Assembly: GCF_000143415.4 (NCBI RefSeq)
Contig: NW_003314270.1
Coordinates: forward strand, 618,453-682,452
Origin: Selaginella moellendorffii
Lineage: Eukaryota; Plantae; Lycopodiophyta
Length of the DNA stretch: 64,000 nucleotides
Direction of reading: 5' to 3'
Shown here: one piece after another, positions 33,601 through 48,053 of the stretch
Position numbering within the stretch: the first letter of the stretch is position 1
Layout of the letters: the number at the start of each line of letters is the position of its first letter
Made by a program: the position numbers and the translations under genes
The notes under the pieces: model-generated
The model's input: the letters and a program-made list of their open reading frames with translations, nothing else
Database searches by the model: none
What the model was told of the DNA's origin: nothing

Positions 33601-34968
33601 GCATACACAGAAGTTTCAATTTAATTCTACAGGCTCTGAAAGAAACAGCCGAGAAGCTTGAGGGAGCATCCGATGAGTCCCACGAGAAGCTTTCAAGTGC
33701 TTTTGAAATCGCTGCCTCCCTGCGAAAGTTGCTTGAGGACAGAGAGACACAATATGCGACACTCGAAGGGACTTGCAGGGTAAGTTGGCCTGCCTGGTGC
33801 ATTCTAATTTTGCGTGCGAGTACATTTATTTTATCCAGAGGAAAGAACTAGAACTTGGGGAGGTTCAGAAGAAACTTGACGTCGTTCACTCCAAGTTTTG
33901 TGAAACTGTCGAGGCTCGTGACTCGCGGATACATGAGCTGGAAAATCTTTTGGCACAGAAACAGGCCGAGGTATAAGCCAACAATGTTTTCTTCCTCCGT
34001 TAATACTGTTCTTTAATGTTCTCCAGTCCCAAGAGGCCCAGACCGATCTGCAAGAGATGAAAGTGGCTTTGAGCAATCGAGAGTGCCTAGTGCGAAAGCT
34101 AGAGTATGAGATAAAGCTCAAGTCTGGTGAGTACTGCTTGTGCTTTGGGACCATTTCTAATTTGAAAAACTGGTTTTTGAGCATTGCAGACAGGGAGTCT
34201 CACATTGCAAGAACTTTTATATCCGGACTCAGTTCGCTCTCGTCGCCCAGGACTCACCATGTAGATATGAGCTTTAGAAGCAGCTTCCAGCACCAAGAAC
34301 CAACGAAACTTTCGAAGTCTATCGTGCAGCAGCAGCAGCAACAGCAGCGGGGAGGACTGGAAGAAACGATTTACACGGAGCACGCCATCCAAGCAGCGGC
34401 CGTAACTCCCTTCGCATTCATCACCAAGATGGACAGCCAGGACGAGACCCCAAGCTCCCGCACCTCAAAGCAAGCGGACAGAGCCCAGCAAAACACCTCC
34501 GACGCGTCAAGAGGTGGCGACGAGGCGTTATCATCCGCCAGTAGCAGCTCCAGCGAAGATGGTCTCGGCTCTCACGACAATGGAGACGATGACAGGCCGG
34601 AATCCTTCTCAACTCGGGCAGACTGGGACACTTCTTTCGCGCTCGTGTCGACGGCACCCAGGCCGGCCACAGCAGCCGGACAGGAAACTCCGCAATACGT
34701 AACGACGGAGTCGTCGGACTTGGAGAGGCAGGAGCAAGCGCCGAGAGTAATCGTCGACGAAGATCCTCGAGCAGTGAACGGGCTCCATGCCGAGATCCAA
34801 AGGTTGCAAGCTCGGATCATGAACCGCTTGAGAGACACTAGTCCCGGCCAGTCAGAGGTGCGAAAGATGTTCTTCCTCTCGCTCTATACTAACGTTCTTT
34901 TGTCATGGCAGCCGGAGCAATCCGCTAGATCACCTCTGAAATGCACTTCACACAGCAGCGATGCCTGA
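30650..34968 (+). CDS. Large coiled-coil protein with central Sfi1-type (centrin-binding) repeats
   Basis: Multi-exon gene (~17 exons) with N- and C-terminal heptad-rich coiled coils. The central region has Trp residues spaced 33-34 aa apart in the pattern A/G-x7-L-x4-hydrophobic-x2-W (ACRHWSDTIRRRVLTYW, GDTQRRRWLQIRALKRW, AFRHYLHVLKSKGVSTW, AIHQMNHALCKASLSLW). Confidence 0.7.
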
Positions 34969-35019
34969 TCCTGGTAAAAGCCCGGTTCTTTTATTCGTCT
35001 CTGTTGATCAGTTGAGTGG

Positions 35020-36108
35020 TCACTGCCTCTTCCTCCTGTAGTCGTCGAAGAAACGAGACATCTGGAACCTCCAGGCAAAGACGAGCACCACCGCGACGAC
35101 GAGCACGAGAATGAGCCACACCGGATCATCGTACGCGTCCTTTGGGAACTCCACGCGCTCGACGAGAAAGTCACTCCTGGAGGACCCCCGCTTGAGCTCC
35201 AGCAGGAAGCTATACAGCACGTACGCCTTGAGGCCGTCCCGGACCGTCACGGCGGTGGCAAAGCCCGTCTCATTCAATCGCAACTCGTCCGCCACGCTCG
35301 CGCTTCGCCAGTGATCACTGCTCCTCAGCAGCCAGGCCTTGGAGCTGGAGACGACGATCAAAGCACCGTCCTGGCGCAGCGCCATGCCATCGCCACCCAC
35401 GAGTGGAGTGGAGATCTTCACCAGGTGGGCTTGATCGCCTCGCAAGTTGGTCTTAAACAGCATGCCCGTGTTGCTCTGCCCGACCAGGAGATAGTTGTCC
35501 CAGTGGTAGACGATCCCATTTAACCCGCAAGGCCGGACGTGCTCGTCCTTTGTCACCACCGGCGGCGACGTCAAAACTGTGCTCTCGGTGAAAACGCTCG
35601 CGTTTTTACCGTCGGGAGTTACCTTCCAGATGAAATTGTGCGCCGAGTTTGTCACGTAGAGATTTCCCTCTCGATCGACTGTGACATCGTTCGCCACTGG
35701 TTTCTTCGTCGATCCAGGAGCTCCAATGCTGTCGAGGCGGACGAGGAAATTCCTGGCGCTGGAATCTAAGTCGTAGCTCGCCACGGCATCGAAGGCCGGC
35801 GTGGAGTCGTCGAAATTGTGGATCACAGCGACGACTCTGTTGCGAGAGGGATCCACTCTCACGCCCAGGACAGGGTGTTTTCCGGAGAAATCTTCGTCCT
35901 CCACGAAGAGGTCGAGCTTCCCTGTGTCGGAGAGGGACCAAATGGAGCCCCTGCCCATGGATCCTAGCAGAAATCGGCCGTGATTTTCGTCCCAGTCGAT
36001 CCCTTCCGGGAAGAGATCTCTGCGCTGGAAGCCGATGGCGTCGAGCTTGCTGCTGCCGCTGGCGAGATTGCAAAGCGCGAGTGCTGCAAGGAAGATCATA
36101 CCTGCCAT
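35020..36108 (-). CDS. SMP-30/gluconolactonase (calcium-dependent phosphotriesterase) superfamily beta-propeller, single-pass membrane protein
   Basis: Intronless 362-aa ORF with a signal peptide, LFPEGIDWD, ANDVTVDREGNLYVTNS, GLNGIVYH and GGDGMAL. C-terminal TM helix and basic tail. Confidence 0.85.
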   Translation of the reverse strand: MAGMIFLAALALCNLASGSSKLDAIGFQRRDLFPEGIDWDENHGRFLLGSMGRGSIWSLSDTGKLDLFVEDEDFSGKHPVLGVRVDPSRNRVVAVIHNFDDSTPAFDAVASYDLDSSARNFLVRLDSIGAPGSTKKPVANDVTVDREGNLYVTNSAHNFIWKVTPDGKNASVFTESTVLTSPPVVTKDEHVRPCGLNGIVYHWDNYLLVGQSNTGMLFKTNLRGDQAHLVKISTPLVGGDGMALRQDGALIVVSSSKAWLLRSSDHWRSASVADELRLNETGFATAVTVRDGLKAYVLYSFLLELKRGSSRSDFLVERVEFPKDAYDDPVWLILVLVVAVVLVFAWRFQMSRFFDDYRRKRQ

Positions 36109-36338
36109 ACCAAGAAATTCGAAGCCCTAGTAAAACCCTAGAAATAGGACAACTGCCCAAATGCCAAGCCAAAAGCCCTAAAATCACGAATGAGATTAAG
36201 CTCTAAGTTGCTATGGGATCGAAGGCGAGCAAGCAACGGGCTTGAGGCTTCGCAGGCCACTTGCTGCGCCGATGTTGCCCGGCGCCGGGTGGCTCAAACT
36301 CCCCTTTTGGATCTTTTGGGTGTGAATTCGGCAGTACC

Positions 36339-36919
36339 GTGGATTGGAGTGAAAACGTTTCGGAGTTAGCAGCAGACATGGTTGCTGCGATCCGGGAGGG
36401 GAGCGGTAGCTGCTGGATATCGTGTGTGCTGTGATCTGCACGGCAGTTCATCGGAAGCTGGAACCTCTTGTTCTCGAGGCAGCTCTTGGCGACACACGCC
36501 GGGCTGATTCGGGTTTCCTCTGACACTTAAGACACTAGAACTCAAGGCAGATTCTTCCTGTTGTGGCGAGAGCATCATCTTGCTGGACAAGCACAGGTTT
36601 GCAGGTGAAATGAGCTCCGGACTTCCACCAGCTCTCGCTTGCATGGAAATTCCGAGCGACGAGGAAATGAAGAGGATGGTTTCCAGGTTTCCGGTCATCA
36701 CAGCGCGATCTCGGTGACAGCGGTCGCTTTGATCCGCAGGGAGTTTTCCGTGGCCCATATCACCACAATCAGCTAAGCCGATGTGTTCTACTCGTTGGAT
36801 ACGACGCTGCGTCCTGGATCCTTGTGGATCCCTCCGCACAGAACAGAACTTTCAAAATCTCCTTTTCAGATACACGCAAGTCAGGCGTCGGTATTTTCAT
36901 CATGGTCCCTGTAGCTTGA
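36339..36919 (+). pseudogene. Degenerate papain-like (C1A) cysteine protease remnant
   Basis: Collinear motifs VDW (36339), GSGSCW (Cys at 36411), EIPSDEEMKRMVSRFPVITA and GVFRGPY..NQLSRCVLLVGYDAASWILVD, interrupted by stops and frameshifts. Not in the ORF track. Confidence 0.6.
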
Positions 36920-37264
36920 AGTGCTTGTGGAAAGCTTACACAGAGAGATGTAACACACTTAGTTGAATTCTCTCCTCGTATCAGACTAGTCGAATCAAAC
37001 TCAAACAAGATAATATATACGGCATTTAATGTTTAGTTAGAAATGCTTAGGAGTATTTTAAGCACAAGCGAGAAAAGGTCCACGACCGAGGAGCTGTGCT
37101 TGAACGGAAGCAGCCGTAGGAGTCAAAAGTTCTGGAAACGTATGGACTGTCATCAACCGGAGGATACATTCAACCATGTTGCACAAGAAACACGAAAGAC
37201 TGGTTTTTTGTTTGGATTTTCACATAACTCTCATAAAACTTGAATAAATGAATATCAAAATATA

Positions 37265-37745
37265 GTTATGAAACCCGAACTGAATCAACATATGGTTTAT
37301 AGATAACATATGGTTCTCTCAAGTATTATTCTGACAATGGAATTTAATCTAGTTTTCAATATTGTGGTGTATTATATGTAATACACAAATGGAATTGAAT
37401 ATGGTTTTTAATGTAGATAACATATGATTCTCTCAAGCACAATTTTAAAACTGGAAGACAATTTGATTTTTAATAATTGTTGATACGAAAAATTAAAATG
37501 AAATTGAAACTCAATGGTTTTTGTTCAATATGATTCTCTTGAGCACTATTATAAAATTGATACACAATCTAATTTTCAATATATTAATGGTTTATTATAC
37601 TATATAATTTTTTTCTTTAAAAACTGAAACATAATATAGCCGTCAATGGTTGATGACATATCATTCTATGAAGTACTATAAAACTAAAACATAATTTTGC
37701 TTTTAATATAAATAAACAACACAATCTGGTTTTAATATGGTTCAA
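37265..37745. repeat. Degenerate AT-rich tandem repeat, period ~110-125 bp, ~4 copies
   Basis: A recurring core (GATAA)CATATG(G/A)TTCTCTCAAG(T/C)A at ~37302, ~37416, ~37526 and ~37654. Confidence 0.6.
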
Positions 37746-39444
37746 TTTCATATATTTATATACAAGCCACTAGCAGCACTATGGCTCTTCTCTACTCAGC
37801 CAAGGCAGAAGTTCTCTCGTTCATTTCTTTTTTTTTTCTTGTTGTGTTTTGTTTAGTTCCTTGTTAAAGACAACACAATCTGAAGTACGACACAACACAC
37901 CCTTTTTAAGGTATGGGTTACTCCTTCACAGGCTCAAGGGTTGGAACATTGGTAATGTAGAGGCTAGCAATGGCAATTGTAGCACTATGCAGTTATACAA
38001 GTTCTCTTGTTTTTTGTTCTATTGTATTCTTTTTTCAGTTTCTTCATGTGATTCCATCACACGAACTTGGTTGCAATCAAACTTCTTTGCCCAAACAACA
38101 TAATGCAAAGAAGAATGAAGTAAACAAGTAAAACTATATCAAAGTTTTGTTTTTTCATTTTTCATTTCCACAATGAGCTAAGGTGATATATCTCATTGAC
38201 GGGCATAGCTTTCTATGGGCTTGGTGTGAAAGATCTAACATGAGATCTATTATAATTATTTTGTTTATAATTTAAGCTATAGTTCTTTATTAGATTTAGC
38301 AAACCATAGAATTATGCAATGATCTCTAAGGTTATCCAAGAGAACTATGTACTAATTTCGAGATTGCTAACATTTAACTCTGAGTTTAGCTTTTTAATTT
38401 TATTGTATATTGCCGAGACAAGATTTTTTCTTTTTTACTGATATTGCATTGATAAATTTATATGGATCTAGCCAAATCAAATAATAACTAAGGTGATTGA
38501 ACAAGAAGTGATAAATAATTTGTTGCTTGTTGCATGCAGCAATACTTAGTTTGCTTAATAGAAGTGTCAATCTTATTTAGTATTTTTGAATGATTCAAGT
38601 GATCAATAATTATAAACATGTTTATAATTTATAAATCAAGATTAATATTATTTCATATAAACCATTAGAATAATAAGAATAATAATCCTAATAAGAATAT
38701 ACTAGGAAGCGTTTAGGAAAGTTTATAAATTATAAATACAAGATTAATCTAAACAAATAGCAATTTAAAGTTAAGTATCCTTTGGTTTAAGTAATATTGT
38801 GAAAGATTTCTTAAGAAAGAAGTTTAAACACATATTCTAACATTAAGATGTTTCTTTTTATTTTTATTTATGAACAAATATAATATATAAATCATATACC
38901 TAAGATTGGGAAAATAAATATACTCCACAATAAAAATTGTAACATTGTTGCTATCCCACCTATATATAATCCAAAAATTAGTGGAATATACTTTAAAAAA
39001 TGAAAAAAATGCTTGTTATACATTAAGAATATCCTTTTCAGCCATCAATATTTACTAATACTATAGATGAAATCCAACTTAGTGAACCAATAGTTTTGCT
39101 TAAAACAATCTAGGAGATCTATAGTATGAGGAAGTGGGTATACATATGGAATTGTTACATTATTCAATGGATAATAATTAATATATAATTAAATACCTCT
39201 ATTAGACTTTATTAAAAAATGAAGATCACAAGCCTAAGGATAAGTTAGCATAAATAACAATTTTCTCCAATATCCCTTTAATATTGATTTGCAAAATTGC
39301 AAGATTTTAATCATCTAGTGACCAATGCTAAACATAAATCTTTATCAAATGAGCTTATCTCTAATATGAATAGAGGCATTTGTAAACTCTTGAGTTTAGA
39401 CTTCAAACCTTGTGGCTTAAATATGATTCTGAACAATCATTCCC

Positions 39445-39850
39445 TAGAGGGGAAGATTGTTAGGATAATAGGATAGAGGGGAGGATTGTTAGGATAACAG
39501 GATAAAAAAAAGGGCCCTAGAAAAAGGGATACACTCTTATTTATTGGTTTTTTATTTTTATATTTAAAGTTTATAGATTATTTTTGATTATTTATAATTT
39601 ATTATGCTTCCCTTTTAAAAGCCCCACTCTATTGACAGATTGAGGCTAAATGTAAACCTACTAAATGTGGTGTGATTCCTTTAGCAAATCAATAGAGTTA
39701 GATTTGAGACTTTTTTAATACCAAATGTAATTTGAACTTTTTAAGAGATCATCTAGCCTAAATCTAAGAACATTTAACTCCAAATATCCCAAAGTGCACC
39801 TCTTTTTCAATTAGTTAAAAGTCTTAATTTATAGGTTCTTTCCCTCTATA
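39445..39850. repeat. TE-derived remnant: 29-bp tandem pair plus a dispersed repeat shared with ~2100-2180
   Basis: TAGAGGGGA(A/G)GATTGTTAGGATAA(T/C)AGGA twice at 39445-39502. Bases 39520-39580 resemble 2120-2180 directly, and 39793-39825 resemble the reverse complement of 2102-2135. Confidence 0.55.
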
Positions 39851-40867
39851 TTTGAACTCTACAAATGTCTATTGAGTCATTCTCTTTAATTAATCATAAT
39901 GTTACAAAAGACAAATCGAAGTTGAAGAGATCAATATACTCTTTCTTGAGTTGATCAATTGACATTTCATAAAAACTATTTAAGGAATGAAAACAATAGG
40001 AAACAAAGGTGATATAAAAGTAATTGAAATAAAGATAGAATAAATTTACAAAGTGAAATAAAAGTGAGAGTAATGGAAAAGAAATAAAGAAATATAAAAC
40101 AAATTGAAGAAGCTTCAAAATCATATTTAATATAATGTTTCTTCAATTAATTTACACTAAGGATGAGGTAAAAAACTTGATTTCGCACCATCTTAACTTG
40201 GAACTCAAACATGTAATCACCCGCACATATTCTAATGATCTTATCTATACAATAGGCTAAATTGAATTCAAAGCTATATTAACCAACACAAAGAGGAAAC
40301 TAAATAAATTTTTATTATAAAAATAAATTTGAAAAGTAAACATTAGATAAACTAATGCCAAATGAACCCCTTGATAATACACTCAAAAAAAGGATGGAAG
40401 AGTCACTAATTTATTCATTCAAAGACTTTTACTACTTATATAATTGCTCACTTCTCAAAAAAAACTTTTATATCAAGTTCTTCATTTGCAAGAATATCAA
40501 TGATATGTTATTCATGCCAAGGCCTCTATCTAGAAAATATAAAATACCAATTTACGAAATGACCTAACTTAAAAGACTCATAAAAGAATGCTTTAAGCTG
40601 CAACGTGAATGCTGTCCAGGAATGTAGCCACGAGGCTCATCAGGCCTCTAAAGATCGTCCACAAATTACTTCATCATAAGTTGTTATCTATACCATCTGA
40701 ATAAAATCATCTCAGGAATGATAAATGATAATCTCTATAAAATGATAAAACCAATTATATACATAGAATTCCCATAAAAAATAGTTAAACAAAGTATTTG
40801 CCACATAAACATTCTTGCCTCTTGCCAAAAAGAGGAGAGTCTATAAACAAAAGAAGTGAAAAAACCA

Positions 40868-40871
<4 letters not shown>

Positions 40872-40935
<64 letters not shown>
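40872..40935. repeat. (AT)n microsatellite
   Basis: About 32 perfect TA units. Confidence 0.95.
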
Positions 40936-40938
<3 letters not shown>

Positions 40939-42573
40939 CTATTATTCTTTTAAACAAATACAAATGTAAGGTATACTATCTATAATGTTGAGTCCTTAGG
41001 ATGAAAAAACTATAACAAGAAGAAATATTTTAAAAATAAAAAATATATATCTAAAGAAAAAGCACAATCAATACTATTTTTCACCTTCACTAATGTGTTT
41101 TGAATATAGAAATCTACATTTGTATTAGTTAAAACATTAATTTATATACAAGAGTCAGTGGCTTGGATTGAATTTAATCTTATTTACCAAAATACAACTA
41201 TGCTAATAATGGTATATGACATTTATAGTTCACATTTAGATATTATAACCTTAATTAAGTAGCCAATTTTTTTAAAAGAATTAATCTTGATTATATACTA
41301 ATTGATTTCATTAAAGAGTATCTCCATATTTTTAATTGATTTTTACTTCATCTGGATAATAAAATGCACTATTGATGTTTATCTATTATATTTTATCATC
41401 ATTTAGGACTAATAGTTAATTTTCTTAGCATGATGAAAAATAATTTATAAATTAAATAAATTTTTATTATTATCTATACTATATAATAATATTTTTAGCT
41501 TAGTAATAGTAGATCATACTAGTTTTTCTGTAAAAGGTTATCACGATAATTTATGACATTGACATATGGATGGCATATCTTCACTAGTTTTATTTATAAA
41601 AATAAAATTAAAATAAAAATTAAAACATCAAGTAAAATACTGGTTATTATATTATGTATAAATCTGTTTTTATGTATAATAGAACATATTAACTTTGAAA
41701 ATTACTTTATTAAAATTCCTTTGATTCTTATAAAATTTTGATTACTTTTATATTCAAAAATTAAATATGTATCTAAAGTTTTCGAAATACTTAAATTTTA
41801 TCTTTTAATCGTTGGATAATTTTTAAATTATAAAAATTAAATTTATTTAATTATAAGTATTTTTAATTTATTTTAAACTATAGCTATTAATACGTTATAG
41901 CCAAATAGTTATTAATGCATTTTATTCACACATCAGCAATTCGTATTATGATATAAAATATTTTTGCTGGGTATTATAATGACTCATAAGGGAATAATAT
42001 GCATTTTATATTAAGTCATACGTATTAAAAAAATTATTTTATATAAATCAACATCAATAAAATTTTGATGTTCAATTTTATTTAGGATTTGTTAAAATAG
42101 AGATAAATTAAAATGCAATTTTCAATAGATTTACTCGTTCTTATTGTGACGTGCATTTTTAAATTTTTGTAGTACTCTATTCTACATTATAATTTTTAAC
42201 CTTAAACACTTAAAGCAAAAATTCTCTTTTATTTATTTAATAGAATTTATTTCTGAACACTAAAGAGGTTAAAGTTTAACTATGATATATTTGATCTCAT
42301 AATGACTATTGGACCTTTTGTTGGATTCATGCGCCTTGCAGCAAGAGCAGCCATATTATATATATACACACGTTTACCCCCACTGGATTCTTCTTACCGC
42401 CTGAAAGAAAACCTATCGGGGATTGTCTTATTTCTTTTTACTCTTTGGTTGCTGCTGGTTCTTTTCTCGATCCTTGCTACAAAATGTTGCTAGCCGCGAT
42501 ACGCTAGTAAAACCTAGAAATTTGAAGCAATGAAAGTTATGTAAATATTAGTCTGAACGAGTTCTTACCTGGT

Positions 42574-44831
<2,258 letters not shown>

Positions 44832-45049
44832 TCGACCTAAGCGCCGCGCCTCCAAGCTCTCACCTCTCCCCCATTAATCTTAGCACAGCTTTGCCTCCTC
44901 CGTTTACCCTTAACAGCGCTGTTAAGCTCTGGCTTTATACTCCACTGACGGAGCTGACGGAGCCGTTTGTTTGACGGACGGAATTCAGTTGTTACTCGAT
45001 ATTTTAGGGTTCTTGCGGAGGAGAAAGGGGGAGAGGATTGATCGCGACA

Positions 45050-45970
45050 ATGCAGGCTCCGCGCGGCCAATTCCTGTGCCCCAAGTTCGAGATCGAGCCT
45101 CTGGACATGGCGGGCGGCGCGATGCAGATGGTTCCGGCGCCGCACGTAATGCGGCCGCTCCAAGAGATTTGCTGCTCGGTGGATGCGTCGGGGTTGCAGC
45201 AATTAGAGCGGCTGGAGAAGGATCTGGAGCAAGCCAAGCAAAAGGCAAGAACTCTCTCGATCGATTCTTTCGTTCTTTCATTTTCCTTTCTTTCGCTTGA
45301 GGGTAGTAAAGTTTTTTGCACAGAGGAAACACAGTGGAGGATTGCGGGGATTTGGAATTGTTTTTTTTTTTTCTTTCTTTCTTCGTGGTAATAGCTTTGG
45401 ATTAAACAGCTTCTAGTGTTGAGAGCACAAGGACACCAAGAATCTCTACAGAGCGAAAACAAGGTGAAATTCTCTCAGGTAATCGTCTATCCGTGGCTTC
45501 TTTCATTTCTTCTCACTGTCTATCATACAGAGAGTTTCTGAGAGCCGCTATTGGACTAACGAGGAGCGCCAGAGATTCAAGAAAGCCTTGAAAACGTAAG
45601 CAAAAGCTTTTAGCTGTATATAAACTTTCTTTTAGTTTCCTTCACACCAGTGATACTCACTTTGAGAAAACTCTGAGATTCTCTTGCAGCTTTGGAACCG
45701 ATTTTGCTGCCATTGCAAAGTTCGTCGGGACGAGAAGCTCCACTCAAGTTCGCACTCACGCGCAGAAATACTACGCCAAACTTGTAAGTACCGAGCTTCC
45801 CATCCGCGATTCTAGCAGTACAAACTTGTGGATCGCTTTCGTTTTAGATCCGGGACTATAAGCGCTCCGGGAAAGCTCAGGCAGCAGCAGCTTCCGGTGT
45901 CAAGGACAAGTCGGGGGCCGCCAACGCAAGAATCGCCACTGAGAGCTCATATATTAGGTGCTCGCAATAG
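45050..45970 (+). CDS. MYB-related (SHAQKYF-class, single repeat) protein with N-terminal coiled coil
   Basis: Five exons give SRYWTNEERQRFKKALKT-FGTDFAAIAKFVGTRSSTQVRTHAQKYYAKL. The first intron probably uses a GC donor (AAG|GCAAG at 45245). Confidence 0.82.
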
Positions 45971-48053
45971 ACCATTGTTTTGGCAGTGTTTGCCTCCTCC
46001 ATTGTAGAAAGTCTACTTGTTCGTTTCGGACTGGAATAATGGAAAAGCTTCGTGAGTGAAAAACTTGTGTATTTCCTTGGGTTTTAAAAAAGGAAAATGT
46101 TGCCTATTATCTGATAGCAGTAAACTTCTTGAATTGATGTTTAGAAACAATGTGTGGCCGCAGCCTTTCGGCATGTGATCTTTACTCTAGCCTTCAAGCG
46201 TACATAGATTTCGCTGCTAAACTCTGGGACTTTTCTGTAGTCGAGAGCTTGGAGGAGACCTTCAATGTCTCTATCGACTGAGAACACCAAAGACCTGTGA
46301 CATCGTATGGACCTTCTAACTTTTGAAAGGACTATATCCATGGCGTTCCTTAGGCCTTGCAAGTGTAAGTACTTTTAAGTCGCTTTTGTTTCTGGTGCTT
46401 TTATCTTAAGGGTTTTTCATGTTTAGGCAGTTTCGTTAAAAAAAGAATATACTTTTTATATACCTTGTAAAATATATAAATATAAAGATATTTTAAATAC
46501 TAATAATAATAATTTTAATAAAAATAATCAAAATTTAAATATATGTATTAGAAAAGCAATCAAATCAATTAAAGCTTTTGCATAGTTGCAAATTTATTGG
46601 AGAAATACTCACTCTTTGCTTTGATCATAGAAGCCTTATAATCCTTGTAGATAAAGGCTCACCTCAATAAATCCACTAAGCTAAATCTATCAATAAAAAC
46701 TTGCAACCTGGCAGCATGCCCATGCTATTGTCTCCATGCATTATTTTACTAGGGTATTTAATGTAAGCACACTTGTGGTGGCTAATTTAAAAATCATTTA
46801 GTGGATTAAGTGCCCACATTTTAAGGCATTTTGCCTTAAAATGGATATGTGAAGTCTTCTTTATGCTCATCAATAAAAATTATCCATTAAAGGATTTACA
46901 TTTTAACAACTAAACAATATAAAATGGATGTGTTGGAACTTTGTCATTAGAGGGTGGCATATACTTAATCTTGAGGGTAGCAATTTAAACTCATTAAGAT
47001 CCATAGCTACTCTTGAAATTAGTAGAAAGCCAAAAAAAAAGAACATAAAAAAGTTTAAATGAGTTTTATAATTTTATTTAAGATTTATAAAAATAAAATT
47101 TAAAATCTTTAATTAATTTTTAATTTACATTTTACCAATTATTTTATAGAATAAACTGGGATATTCCATGATGTGGCCCAACTGCCAAACAAGTGTTTAT
47201 CACTTGTTTTGCTTTGTCAGTGCTTTTTCAAAAAGGCTACAATTATAAGTGCCCAAAGAGGCAAAGCTTTAATTCAAGTACTTTATTTTCTTCTTCACTA
47301 GCAGAATAATTCATAAGTTCTAGATACTCTAAATATGATTAACTGTTTACCAATACTTTGTAAGTACTTGCTATTTTCATTATAGTTATTTGATAACTAC
47401 TTAGTTTTAATGGAGGTCACTTTTTGTAGATGTTCATTGGGTTGTGTAAATTGGCTTTTGTGTTAACCAATGACATTTAATACTTATAAAAAACCATTAA
47501 GTAAACATTGAAATATACATATAAACTAAGGTTGAAACATTGGCAAGGATCAACAAATTTAGAGAATCAAAGTTTCCAAGGGATTTGTGTATTTTCATAG
47601 ATTTTTTCTTCATAAATGGTTGCAACCAAAAGTTAGCCAGTGTTACTAGTGGTGATGTTATACCTTCTAGCATATACAAGATGGATTTGAAGGTCCCTAT
47701 ACGAGATGGATTTAGTATGTGTGTATTATCTACAATGGTTTTCTAATTGCTCTTAATTACAGGTAATCGATAAAGTTATTGATAGAATTGATGTAGCTAC
47801 ACATGAACAGATGAACAGGTATTCCAATGGTGTACATAAAGATACTTTCTCTTTTCAGGTGAAAAATAAAGTGATGAGCACTAATCCTATTGATGTTGCT
47901 ACTTACTAGTCTCCTAATGGACAATCCAGCATAGTGAGCTATGCAAAAGGGGAACTCATTTGAATATAGTAAAAGTCTCGTGCTTTATTTAACTTGTAAA
48001 GAGTATCAACAATTGCATACACTTCTCATCAAACATAGATCACTTCATCACGT

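Noticed and set aside
35021-35033. 13-nt identity to miR408 (CACTGCCTCTTCC), giving a complementary site at the end of the beta-propeller CDS
   Set aside because: The flanking positions mismatch, there is no hairpin, the protein is not a known cuproprotein, and the site simply encodes RKRQ-stop. A match this long is plausible by chance.
37265-37745. Regularly spaced repeat cores resembling a CRISPR array
   Set aside because: The context is eukaryotic, there are no cas genes, and the 'spacers' are themselves related, so it is a degenerate minisatellite.
46141-46362. 73-aa minus-strand ORF downstream of the MYB gene
   Set aside because: Non-ATG start, no motif and no supporting exons found.
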